NCBI GenBank assembly: GCA_000043285.1
Contig: BX248583.1
Location: 60,001-92,000, forward strand
Reading direction: 5' to 3'
Source of the DNA: Candidatus Blochmanniella floridana
GTDB taxonomy: Bacteria > Pseudomonadota > Gammaproteobacteria > Enterobacterales > Enterobacteriaceae
DNA: 32,000 nucleotides
Shown: positions 10,261-20,514 of the stretch, piece by piece
How positions within the stretch are numbered: position 1 is the first letter of the stretch
Layout: the number at the start of each line of letters is the position of its first letter
Position numbers and translations under genes: made by a program
The notes under the pieces: generated by a model
What the model was told of the DNA's origin: nothing
Seen by the model: the letters and a program-made list of their open reading frames with translations, nothing else
Databases searched by the model: none

Positions 10261-10902
10261 ATGCGACAAAATGTTTTATTTGAATTTGGAACTCCGATAG
10301 TTAGGGTACTTAATGCATTAGATGCTTTGAGTAATGGTCGAGGTATATTAGTAGTAGATGATGAAAATAGAGAAAATGAAGGTGATATGATATTTGCAGC
10401 AGAAAATATGACTGTTAAACAAATGGCATTAGCTATTCGTTACGGTAGTGGAATAGTTTGTTTATGTTTAACAGAAGAAAAATGTAGGCAATTAAAATTA
10501 CCTATGATGGTAAAGAATAATAGTAATCATTATAAAACCGCTTTTACCGTCACTATAGAGGCATCAAAAGGTATTACTACTGGTGTTTCGGCGAAAGATA
10601 GGTTAACTACTATTAAAACTTCTATAGAAGATTATGCAAAACCTTCTGATTTGAATCGTCCTGGTCATGTTTTTCCATTACGAGCGCATAATGGTGGAGT
10701 ATTATCTAGATCAGGACATACGGAAGCTGCTGTTGATTTAACTACATTAGCTGGTTTAAAACCATTTGGGGTAATATGTGAAGTAACAAATGAAGATGGT
10801 AGTATGGCACGTACTACGGAAATAATTAAATTTTCAAAGCAGTATGATATGCCGGTTTTAACTATTTCAGATGTGATAGCATATCGTATGAGTAATTTGT
10901 AA
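10261..10902 (+). CDS. ribB: 3,4-dihydroxy-2-butanone 4-phosphate synthase RibB
   Basis: 213 aa. [40 protein letters not shown] and [29 protein letters not shown] are near-identical to E. coli RibB. Confidence 0.96.
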   Translation: MRQNVLFEFGTPIVRVLNALDALSNGRGILVVDDENRENEGDMIFAAENMTVKQMALAIRYGSGIVCLCLTEEKCRQLKLPMMVKNNSNHYKTAFTVTIEASKGITTGVSAKDRLTTIKTSIEDYAKPSDLNRPGHVFPLRAHNGGVLSRSGHTEAAVDLTTLAGLKPFGVICEVTNEDGSMARTTEIIKFSKQYDMPVLTISDVIAYRMSNL

Positions 10903-11181
10903 ATGTGTTGGTTATTGATTAAAGATATTATAGGTGTTTAAATTATATAATAGTTGTAATTATTATATAATGATATGTATGTAGTGTTTTTTGTTATAAT
11001 AGATAAATAATATTAATTTAATATTGGTAAGTTATGTATTAATATTGAATAAAAGAGATAAGTTATAAAATAAAAAAAATAATTACATGGTATAGATTGT
11101 ATTATATTTTTAATTTTAGTACATATTTTTATATGTATAAATATTGTTATATATATTTGAAAAGGTTGTGTTAAATATATT

Positions 11182-11916
11182 ATGTTTCTTGTTATAGCGC
11201 GTGTTATTGTGATTGTCATACTTTCAGTTAGCATTTGTGTATTTGGGATTATTTATTGTTTGATAATTCCTCTGAAAGCGAATCGTACTGTAATTTTTGG
11301 AAAGTTGTTTGGTTGTATGGCTCCTATTTGTGGAATTCGAGTTGAAATACGTAATTTTTTAGGCAGTGATTTATTTAAAAAATATATATATATTGCTAAT
11401 CATCAAAATAATTATGATATGATTACTGTAGCTTATGTGGTTCAACCTAATACTGTAACAGTAGGGAAAAAAAAGTTATTTTGGATTCCGTTATTTGGCC
11501 AGTTGTATTGGTTAAGCGGGAATATATTAATTGATCGAGATCGTAGTGTATTTTTGGCGCGTAGAATTTTAACAAAAATTATTGAAACGATAAAAATACG
11601 CAATATGTCAATATGGATTTTTCCGGAGGGTACTCGGAATAGAGGCAGGGGGTTATTACCTTTTAAAACAGGCGCTTTTTATGCTGCAATTTCTGCTAAG
11701 GTAGAAATTGTTCCTATTTGTGTGTCAGATATGTCTAATAATAAAATTAAGTTGAGTAGGTGGTCGAATGGATTAGTAATTATTGAAATTATGCCTCCTA
11801 TAGATACATGTCGAGTTAAGATTGATCAAGTTCGTGGAATTGCAGCATATTGTCATAAAATTATGCAATTAAAGATAAATGATTTGAATAAAGAAGTAGT
11901 ATTGCGTGAAAAATGA
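11182..11916 (+). CDS. plsC: 1-acyl-sn-glycerol-3-phosphate acyltransferase PlsC
   Basis: 244 aa. It carries the acyltransferase HX4D motif in IANHQNNYDM, the FPEGTRNRGRGLLPFKTGAF block and VGKKKLFWIPLFGQLYWLSGNILIDR, all matching E. coli PlsC. Confidence 0.93.
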   Translation: MFLVIARVIVIVILSVSICVFGIIYCLIIPLKANRTVIFGKLFGCMAPICGIRVEIRNFLGSDLFKKYIYIANHQNNYDMITVAYVVQPNTVTVGKKKLFWIPLFGQLYWLSGNILIDRDRSVFLARRILTKIIETIKIRNMSIWIFPEGTRNRGRGLLPFKTGAFYAAISAKVEIVPICVSDMSNNKIKLSRWSNGLVIIEIMPPIDTCRVKIDQVRGIAAYCHKIMQLKINDLNKEVVLREK

Positions 11917-11972
11917 GATCTATATTGATAGATGCTTGTTGTTTTATGTAATATATGCTTGGTTATATGACT

Positions 11973-12000
11973 AATAATATCATTAAATAATGATATTATT
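11973..12000. terminator. Perfect 12-bp hairpin in the convergent plsC/metC spacer (candidate bidirectional terminator)
   Basis: AATAATATCATT-AAAT-AATGATATTATT, verified pair by pair. It lies 56 nt after the plsC stop and 21 nt after the metC stop. Confidence 0.5.
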
Positions 12001-12021
12001 GATTTATATAAAAATGGTTGT

Positions 12022-13197
12022 TTAGATTCGATTTAAACCATCCGATAAATCTTGAATTAAATCTTCTTGATGTTCTAATCCTGCATGTATACGTATTAGT
12101 GTCCCTGTGAAGTTTAATTTATTAATAGGACGAATAGAATTGAGTTCTTCTATTTGCATGGTTGTGATCAATGACTCGAAACCTCCCCAAGAATATGCCA
12201 TTTTAAAATACTTCATGTTGTCAAGAAAGTTAGATAATTGTTTATCAGTTAATCGTTTTTTTAAAATAAAAGAAAATAATCCACTGGATCCTGTAAAATC
12301 TCTTATAAAATATTTATGACCTTGACATGAAGGCAGAGCAGGATGATTAACTCGGTCTACTTTTGGATGATTATTTAACCATTGTGCTAGATGTAATCCA
12401 GTTTTTTCATGTTGTTTTAATCTAACATATAATGTTCGCAGTCCTCGAGCTGCTATGTATGCAGTATCTGCATCTATAGTTTGGCCCATTAAGTAGGATT
12501 GTTCTTGTAATGTGTTCCAACATCGCGCATTAGAAACTGCTGTTCCCATCATTCCATCTGAATGTCCTATAATATATTTTGTTCCGGATTGAATAGAGAT
12601 GTCTACTCCGATATCTAATGCTTTTAAAAATACTCCTGATGACCAAGTGTTATCTAATAATATTATAATATCTGGTTTTTTTTTGCGCGTTGCTTGAATA
12701 AGAGTTGGAATATCTTGTACTTCCATAGTTATGGAACCAGGTGATTCTAATATAATTAACTTAGTATTATGTTGAATAAGATTAGTAATATTATTACTAA
12801 TTGATGAATGAAACCAAGTAGTATGAACATTCATTTTATTCAAGAGAAATCGACAAAAATTTTGTGTTGGTGCGTATGCCGATTCTGTAATTAAAATATG
12901 ATCTCCGTAAGTGATAAAGGCAAAAATTGTGTGAGTAATAGCAGCTGTTCCACATGGAAATAACATACAACCTGATCCATTTTCTAGTTCAATCATAGAT
13001 TTTTGTAAGGAAAAATGGGATAGGGTTCCATATCTTCCGTAAAATAGTTCTCCGTTTTTGTAATTTTTTGCAGCATGTTTTTTTTGTGCAATAGAATTAA
13101 AAATTATTGAGGATGTTCTTTGAACAATAGGATTAATGGCTCTGTGGGTAAATTGTATATTTCGCCCAGAATTAATAATTTTAGTTTCATCTTTCAT
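12022..13197 (-). CDS. metC: Cystathionine beta-lyase MetC (PLP-dependent)
   Basis: 391 aa. GELFYGRYGTLSHFSLQ, ESPGSITMEVQDIP, the SGTKYIIGHSD PLP-lysine region and DFTGSSGLFSF...AYSWGGFESLI...TLIRIHAGLE are collinear with E. coli MetC. Confidence 0.94.
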   Translation of the reverse strand: MKDETKIINSGRNIQFTHRAINPIVQRTSSIIFNSIAQKKHAAKNYKNGELFYGRYGTLSHFSLQKSMIELENGSGCMLFPCGTAAITHTIFAFITYGDHILITESAYAPTQNFCRFLLNKMNVHTTWFHSSISNNITNLIQHNTKLIILESPGSITMEVQDIPTLIQATRKKKPDIIILLDNTWSSGVFLKALDIGVDISIQSGTKYIIGHSDGMMGTAVSNARCWNTLQEQSYLMGQTIDADTAYIAARGLRTLYVRLKQHEKTGLHLAQWLNNHPKVDRVNHPALPSCQGHKYFIRDFTGSSGLFSFILKKRLTDKQLSNFLDNMKYFKMAYSWGGFESLITTMQIEELNSIRPINKLNFTGTLIRIHAGLEHQEDLIQDLSDGLNRI

Positions 13198-13290
13198 AAA
13201 AGCAATTTAATGTATGTGATTATATGTAGTTATTATTGTGTGATGAATAATAATTAACATATATTATTAATTTTAATATATATACTAATC

Positions 13291-13366
<76 letters not shown>

Positions 13367-13413
13367 TGTTATTTATTTTTTAATGGATATTGTGTGTATA
13401 TACACTAAAATAA

Positions 13414-13438
13414 ATCAGTAATAACACTTATTACTGAT
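13414..13438 (-). terminator. 11-bp perfect hairpin downstream of cutA (candidate terminator)
   Basis: ATCAGTAATAA-CAC-TTATTACTGAT. On the minus strand it is followed by TTATTTTAG. It lies between the cutA stop (13702) and the tRNA-Phe 5' end (13366). Confidence 0.35.
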
Positions 13439-13701
13439 GATAACATATATGGGGATAATTATTGTAATTATTTGTTATTTTTTTTAGGTAAGGGTAGTAA
13501 TAACATTGTTATAATTTAATTATCAATAGATGAATATATAGTAATTTTAATTCAGTAGATTAATAATTATAATGGGAAAATTTTAAAAATGAGAGTGTGA
13601 CTTATTAGTTTTTTGTTATGTTAAAAACACATTATATATTACGTATAATAATGATTACTGTATAAATATGATAATGTGTAGTTTTATGAAAGTTATATTA
13701 A

Positions 13702-14061
13702 TTATAAATTACTACATAGCCAGTGTAAATAATTTGATTCTGTTGCTATTACTGATATTGTTAATAATTCTGGTATTGTATATGGATGTAGTTCTTGAAT
13801 TTTATTAAAAACAGATTGTTGGAGTTTGTTTGTTGTTTTGATTAAAAGTTGTATTTCTGTGGCAGTTTCTATTTTATTGTTCCAATGATAAAAGGAGTGT
13901 ACTTCATTTAATAGAGTGATGCATGCAGCTAGTTTATGTTTTAAAAGCGTTTTGATTAATGTTATAGCAAATTCTTTGTTATCAGGTAATGTACAAAGTA
14001 TAATAATGATTGAATTTGGATTATTAATAATGGATGTAGGATTATGGTCTTGAATGATCAT
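13702..14061 (-). CDS. cutA: Divalent-cation tolerance protein CutA
   Basis: 119 aa. IIILCTLPDNKEFAITLIKTLLKHKLAACITLL...FYHWNNKIETATEIQLLIKT...LHPYTIPELL...NYLHWL is collinear with E. coli CutA. Confidence 0.86.
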   Translation of the reverse strand: MIIQDHNPTSIINNPNSIIIILCTLPDNKEFAITLIKTLLKHKLAACITLLNEVHSFYHWNNKIETATEIQLLIKTTNKLQQSVFNKIQELHPYTIPELLTISVIATESNYLHWLCSNL

Positions 14062-14290
14062 ATAATAATATTAATTAAATTTATTATAATATATATAGTT
14101 GATGTAATATTAATTGTAATTTTAGATAAAGTTATATCATTAAGTAATATTATATGCAAATTTTAATATTTGGTAAATTATGTTTATAGAAGTTGTCATT
14201 AATGTTACGTATAATTACGTATTTGTTATAATTGTGGATTATATAATATCAGGTAAGAGATATTATAGATAAAAAAAGTTTCATATAGAC

Positions 14291-14320
14291 CTTGAAGGAC
14301 TCTTGAATGCCCCCACTTTA
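14291..14320 (+). promoter_or_regulatory. Sigma-32 (RpoH) heat-shock promoter of groESL
   Basis: CTTGAAGGACTCTTGAATGCCCCCACTTTA: a -35-like CTTGAA, a 13-14 nt spacer, then the -10-like CCCCACTT. Consensus is CTTGAA N13-15 CCCCATNT; the E. coli groE promoter is CCCCCTTGAA-N13-CCCCATTT. This is the only run of five C residues I noticed in any spacer, about 115 nt upstream of the groES ATG. Confidence 0.7.
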
Positions 14321-14436
14321 CATATTGTCTTGGGATGATAAATTTTTTATGTCAGTGTAAAAGTTTAGATCTTAATGAAATATTAATATCATTTAGTAGA
14401 TGCAAAATAGTATAATATATAGATAGGGAGTATTAA

Positions 14437-14730
14437 ATGAAAATTCGTCCATTGCATGATCGTGTGATTGTTAAGCGTAAAGAGGTTGAATCGAAATCTT
14501 CTGGAGGTATTGTTTTAACTGGTTCTGCAGCTGGAAAATCTACTCGTGGAGAGGTTTTAGCTGTTGGTCATGGCCGTGTTTTAGAAAACGGAGGAATAAA
14601 GGCTTTAGATGTACGCGTTGGTGATACTATTATTTTCAATGACGGGTATGGTGTAAAGGTAGAAAAAATTGATAATGAAGAAGTGTTGATTATGTCAGAA
14701 AACGATATCCTTGCTATCGTTGAAAAATAA
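14437..14730 (+). CDS. groES: Co-chaperonin GroES
   Basis: 97 aa. [44 protein letters not shown] is near-identical to E. coli GroES. A GGGAG Shine-Dalgarno is present upstream. Confidence 0.98.
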   Translation: MKIRPLHDRVIVKRKEVESKSSGGIVLTGSAAGKSTRGEVLAVGHGRVLENGGIKALDVRVGDTIIFNDGYGVKVEKIDNEEVLIMSENDILAIVEK

Positions 14731-14765
14731 TTCGTGATTAACTTATTAATTTAATTGAACTGTGA

Positions 14766-16430
<1,665 letters not shown>

Positions 16431-16506
16431 AATAGATGAGTTATATAATTTTATAAGGTTGATGATTGATTTGATTTTAAGTTAAGTATGTATTATATGG
16501 GTTATA

Positions 16507-16569
16507 TACAAAACAACAGGACATAATATACATTTCAAATAAATGTATATTATGTCCTGTTGTTTTGTA
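16507..16569 (+). terminator. 29-bp perfect inverted repeat with a 5-nt loop between groEL and efp (candidate strong groESL terminator or RNA element)
   Basis: The left arm 16507-16535 (TACAAAACAACAGGACATAATATACATTT) pairs with the right arm 16541-16569 (AAATGTATATTATGTCCTGTTGTTTTGTA) around the loop CAAAT. I verified all 29 pairs by hand; 7 are G:C. The right arm ends in a U-rich stretch, TTGTTTTGT. Confidence 0.6.
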
Positions 16570-16577
16570 ACATTTCT

Positions 16578-17141
16578 ATGTTGTATAATATTAATGAATT
16601 AAAAGTAGGTTTAAAGGTCATTCAAAATAAAGAGCCATATGTTATTATTAAAAATGAATGCATTAAACCAGGAAAAGGTCAATCCTTTAATAGGGTTCGT
16701 TTTAAACAAATTAAATCTGGAAAAATTTTAGAAAAAACACTGAAGCCTGGAGATTTGGTTGAATCCGCTAATATTGTTGAAACCGAATTAATTTATGTAT
16801 ATAGGGATCGGGACTTATGGTTTTTTATGAATAGGGATAGTTTTGATCAGATTTCTGTGCATTTTGATATACTTGGGAAGTCTGTAAAATGGATGGTGGA
16901 GCAGTTGGTTTATGTTGTTGTTTTTTGGGATAATAATCCTATTCTTGTGATTCCTCCTGAATTTATTAAATTAAAGATTATTAAAACTAACTTAATAACA
17001 AAAAATATTTCTACTGCATCTGGAAATAAATTGGCTGTTGTTAGTACTGGAGCAGTAGTTAAGGTTCCGTTTTTTATTCAATCTGGAGAATTGATTAAAG
17101 TTAATACTCATTCAGGATCTTATATTTCCAGAATAAAATAG
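16578..17141 (+). CDS. efp: Translation elongation factor P
   Basis: [43 protein letters not shown] aligns with E. coli EF-P [44 protein letters not shown]. The modified-lysine loop KPGKGQ and the C-terminal [31 protein letters not shown] are retained. The track start at 16560 is a TTG inside the hairpin; the ATG at 16578 fits the homolog length. Confidence 0.93.
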   Translation: MLYNINELKVGLKVIQNKEPYVIIKNECIKPGKGQSFNRVRFKQIKSGKILEKTLKPGDLVESANIVETELIYVYRDRDLWFFMNRDSFDQISVHFDILGKSVKWMVEQLVYVVVFWDNNPILVIPPEFIKLKIIKTNLITKNISTASGNKLAVVSTGAVVKVPFFIQSGELIKVNTHSGSYISRIK

Positions 17142-17181
17142 TGATTTTGAATTAATTATATTGTGCGTATGTAGATGTTCA

Positions 17182-20100
17182 TTAGAAAATTGGTTTAGTA
17201 GTATCAAAAAAAACAGAGTGAGAGTGAATAGCAGGATCTATGCTAAGGTTTTTATAAAAATAAAAGGGAATATTGGGGAGTTCTATGTTATTATGTTTAT
17301 AGTATTCTAAAATTTTGATGTTTATTTGATGACGTAATGGAACACGTGACTTTAGGTTTATGGTATATAATCTAATTTCAAATATAGGAAATCCGTATTG
17401 TAAATCTATTAAGTAAACTTCTGGAGGAGGTGTTTTTAAAACTAATGGAGAACTTTTTATTATTTTTGTAAAAACGTTGGTAATTTCTTTGGAATCTATT
17501 TTTAGTGGAGCAGGAATTCTTAGAGTGATTCGGGTTGTTGTATCTGATAAAGACCAGTTTGTAAATTGTTTTGTAATAAATTCTTTATTTGGAACAATGA
17601 TTTCTTTATGATCCCAATCAGTAATAATTGTTGCTCGAGTATTGATTCGAGTGATGCTACCAGTAAAATTTTTAATAGTTATTGTGTCCCCAATACGAAT
17701 TGGTTTTTCGAATAGAATTATTAAACCAGAGATGAAATTAGCGAATATTTCTTGTAATCCGAAACCTAATCCTACTCCTAACGCTGCAATTAACCATTGT
17801 ATTTTTACCCATTCTATTCCAATTAAAGATAAGCCTATTAGGCTGCCTAATAACATGATTATATATTTAGTTAATGCAATCACGGCGTATTCAGTACCTG
17901 GATTTAGATTTAAATATTGTAATAATGTTAATTCTAAAAAGGATGGTAAATTTCTTACCGTTATTGTAGTAATGATTATCACTACAATAACGGTAAGAAA
18001 TGCGTTTAATGTGATAGGTCGAATATTATCAATGCCTTTAATAGTAGAAGTAACATCCCATAACGTAATATTTTCTAAAAAAGAGAATGCGAATCTTAAT
18101 TCAGACCACAGTAAAATCATGAATAATACTGCAACAAGAGTAATAATAGATCGAATTAATTGTAAAGATTGCGCGCTAATTGTATCTAAATCTAAAGATT
18201 TTTTATTATTATCATGAGAGATAGTAAATTGTTCTTTGTGAGAGAGTTTATAAGAAAGATCTGGTTGATTTTTAGATCTTAATATTAATTGTGTGGCTCG
18301 TTTTTTTTTAGCTCTTTCTAATGCGATGCGTCGTCTTTGAATAAACATCCATCTTCGAATAATATGATATATTATTAGCAATAAAATCCAAATAAATAAT
18401 GATGCTTCTAGTCGTATTAATAATATTTGAGCGGCAAATAAGTAACCAAAGAAACAGGAAATAGCAGCTATGATTGGAGCGCATATCATGATATTCCATA
18501 AAGATCGATTAACTATGTTATCAGTAGAATCATATTTATTCAAATATAGCGGTAATCCGGAATGTTTTAATGTATTAGTAATAAATGTTAGGTAAATACA
18601 CAATATAAGAAAACATAGTCGACCTAAAGTATTAGAAAATTCTCGATTGTTATAATTATTAATTGTGATTAAAGTTGTTATTAAGGATATGATAATAGTT
18701 ACTGACCAAGGATAATGTTTAGAAAAAACTTGTTGAATTCTTTTTTTTGGCCATCCAAAATGAGTAATAAATAATCCATGAGGAGATGCAAAATATCCAC
18801 TAATTATAAATGCCCATAATATATAGACTGTAGAATTCATCCCATCCCCTATAGCTACAATAATTGGATATGGCCAAGCATGGTTTAAATTATAACCTAT
18901 ACAGACCCATAATATTGGTATAGGTAATGCCATGAATATTGAACTTGATATATTGTAAAAGGTTATTCTAAAATTGTCTTGATTTACTTTACCAATGTAT
19001 TCGCTAGTTCGTTCTAAAAATTCATAATAATGATGGCGTATTCCGAAATGAAGGCTTAAAGATGTTATTATACATAATATTGTTAATATTAATGTTTTTT
19101 TATGAGTTAAGATCATATGAAATGCAGATTTTATTTGATAATGAAATGATTTATTGATTATTAACTTTAGTATATCGCGATATATATCAATAGGATAAGA
19201 TATGGTGATTGGATAAATATCCGCTACCCAAAATAAATAACGATGGGTAGCTTGTTGTATTTTTTGTAATGCATGTTTTAATTGTTCATAAAAGAGTTTT
19301 AATTTTGTTAATTCGAGTATTTGTTTATCATAATTATTTAATAATGATATGATAAGGGTATGTTGTATATTAAGTTGTTTTTCAAGAATATTTTTTTGGA
19401 ATGTTGTTAAATTTGAACCATCATCTTGTTTACTATATGATAGAAGTGTTGATATTTTATTTATTTGATTTGCGTATTGTAGTCTTTTCGCTCTTAATTG
19501 AGCCATATCATTGTCTAGTTGTTGGAATTTAGGAATTTTTGGTAATTCGGAGACTTGAGAACGTAATGTTTCTCCAAGTGCTGGAGATTTATTTATCCAT
19601 TGTGATTGTTCGATTAAATTAGAAAAAGTTTGATTTACTTGTAAAATATGTGCTGTAATTTCTTTTTGTTTTGAGATGATATTATTCATATCATGGATTT
19701 GTTGATTGATTATTAATGAAAGTTCATGATTAATATATAGTTGATTTTTAATAGATTTTGGTAATGTATCATTATTATGTTTAATACATACTGTTTTTAT
19801 TGGATGGGTAATATGTTTTTTTTTGTGATTATTTGGATAGTATGATTGATTGTTTAATGTTTGTAATGAATGATATGTGTCATTGTATTTGTTGTTTAAT
19901 AATTTTCTGTGCCATGTAAATGATGTATTATTTTGGTTAAAATTTTTTAATATATTATAATGTAATGTAGTTGTTTTTAATATATTAATATATTGTTGTG
20001 TTGGTTGCGCTATAGTGTATGTGAGATATTTGATTAGAAACGTATGAATATAAATGATAGATTTTTCTTGTAATTGTTGTTTAGTCCATGTTTGGTATAT

Positions 20101-20439
20101 GAATATGATGTAATTATTTGTTTCTTTATATTTTTTTTGTAAATGAAAAATTATATAAGATGAAAAATTATTTATAATTTTTTTGTATTTATGAGTTGTA
20201 TGAAAATTAATGTTTTGATTTTTAATTTGATTATATGAAGTAGGTAATAAAAATTTTGTAATAGATTTTTGATTAATTTTAGCATGTGTTGGTTTTTTTA
20301 TTACATGTTGTAATTTTTGTATTGTGTGTGTTTCATGAAAGTAATGATAAGAAAACGCGTTTGATGGAATAAGATAAGTAAAAATGTATGTAGTGATAAA
20401 ATAAAAAATTATTTGGAATGTTTTGCTTGTATGAATCAT
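17182..20439 (-). CDS. mscM: Large MscS-family mechanosensitive channel (MscM/YjeP-like, MscK/KefA family)
   Basis: 1085 aa. The C-terminal third carries the MscS core (GVGLGFGLQEIFANFISGLIILFEKPIRIGDTITI...GSITRINTRATIITDWDHKEIIVPNKEFIT) preceded by multiple TM helices. It lies immediately downstream of psd on the same strand, as the psd-mscM pair does in E. coli. The N-terminal ~450 aa is highly diverged. Confidence 0.82.
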   Translation of the reverse strand: MIHTSKTFQIIFYFITTYIFTYLIPSNAFSYHYFHETHTIQKLQHVIKKPTHAKINQKSITKFLLPTSYNQIKNQNINFHTTHKYKKIINNFSSYIIFHLQKKYKETNNYIIFIYQTWTKQQLQEKSIIYIHTFLIKYLTYTIAQPTQQYINILKTTTLHYNILKNFNQNNTSFTWHRKLLNNKYNDTYHSLQTLNNQSYYPNNHKKKHITHPIKTVCIKHNNDTLPKSIKNQLYINHELSLIINQQIHDMNNIISKQKEITAHILQVNQTFSNLIEQSQWINKSPALGETLRSQVSELPKIPKFQQLDNDMAQLRAKRLQYANQINKISTLLSYSKQDDGSNLTTFQKNILEKQLNIQHTLIISLLNNYDKQILELTKLKLFYEQLKHALQKIQQATHRYLFWVADIYPITISYPIDIYRDILKLIINKSFHYQIKSAFHMILTHKKTLILTILCIITSLSLHFGIRHHYYEFLERTSEYIGKVNQDNFRITFYNISSSIFMALPIPILWVCIGYNLNHAWPYPIIVAIGDGMNSTVYILWAFIISGYFASPHGLFITHFGWPKKRIQQVFSKHYPWSVTIIISLITTLITINNYNNREFSNTLGRLCFLILCIYLTFITNTLKHSGLPLYLNKYDSTDNIVNRSLWNIMICAPIIAAISCFFGYLFAAQILLIRLEASLFIWILLLIIYHIIRRWMFIQRRRIALERAKKKRATQLILRSKNQPDLSYKLSHKEQFTISHDNNKKSLDLDTISAQSLQLIRSIITLVAVLFMILLWSELRFAFSFLENITLWDVTSTIKGIDNIRPITLNAFLTVIVVIIITTITVRNLPSFLELTLLQYLNLNPGTEYAVIALTKYIIMLLGSLIGLSLIGIEWVKIQWLIAALGVGLGFGLQEIFANFISGLIILFEKPIRIGDTITIKNFTGSITRINTRATIITDWDHKEIIVPNKEFITKQFTNWSLSDTTTRITLRIPAPLKIDSKEITNVFTKIIKSSPLVLKTPPPEVYLIDLQYGFPIFEIRLYTINLKSRVPLRHQINIKILEYYKHNNIELPNIPFYFYKNLSIDPAIHSHSVFFDTTKPIF

Positions 20440-20514
20440 GATAAAGAAAATACTATAATACTATGTGTATATAGTATTAATATGTTTTTAAATGTAAATA
20501 GGAATATGATAATT

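Noticed and set aside
10069-10269. A 66-aa minus-strand ORF in the ubiK-ribB spacer, overlapping the ribB start.
   Set aside because: It is an Ile/Asn/Tyr-rich low-complexity frame in AT-rich promoter DNA. It overlaps the ribB ATG and has no Shine-Dalgarno or homolog.
11013-11234. A 73-aa minus-strand ORF overlapping the plsC start.
   Set aside because: It has low-complexity Ile/Thr/Phe/Tyr composition characteristic of the C-rich minus strand of non-coding DNA. It overlaps a well-supported plsC N-terminus.
16560-16596. A possible efp promoter (TTGTTT at 16560-16565, TATAAT at 16584-16589) and the TTG start at 16560 from the ORF track.
   Set aside because: The TATAAT lies downstream of the homology-supported efp ATG (16578), so a transcript from it would lack the start codon. 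The TTG at 16560 is inside the hairpin arm and adds residues with no counterpart in EF-P homologs. TATAAT-like hexamers are too frequent in this AT-rich DNA to call on sequence alone.
17642-18217. A 191-aa plus-strand ORF nested antisense within mscM.
   Set aside because: It lies entirely antisense to the most conserved part (the MscS core) of a clearly homologous gene. Its product is low-complexity with no recognisable motifs. Long antisense frames are expected opposite conserved coding sequence.
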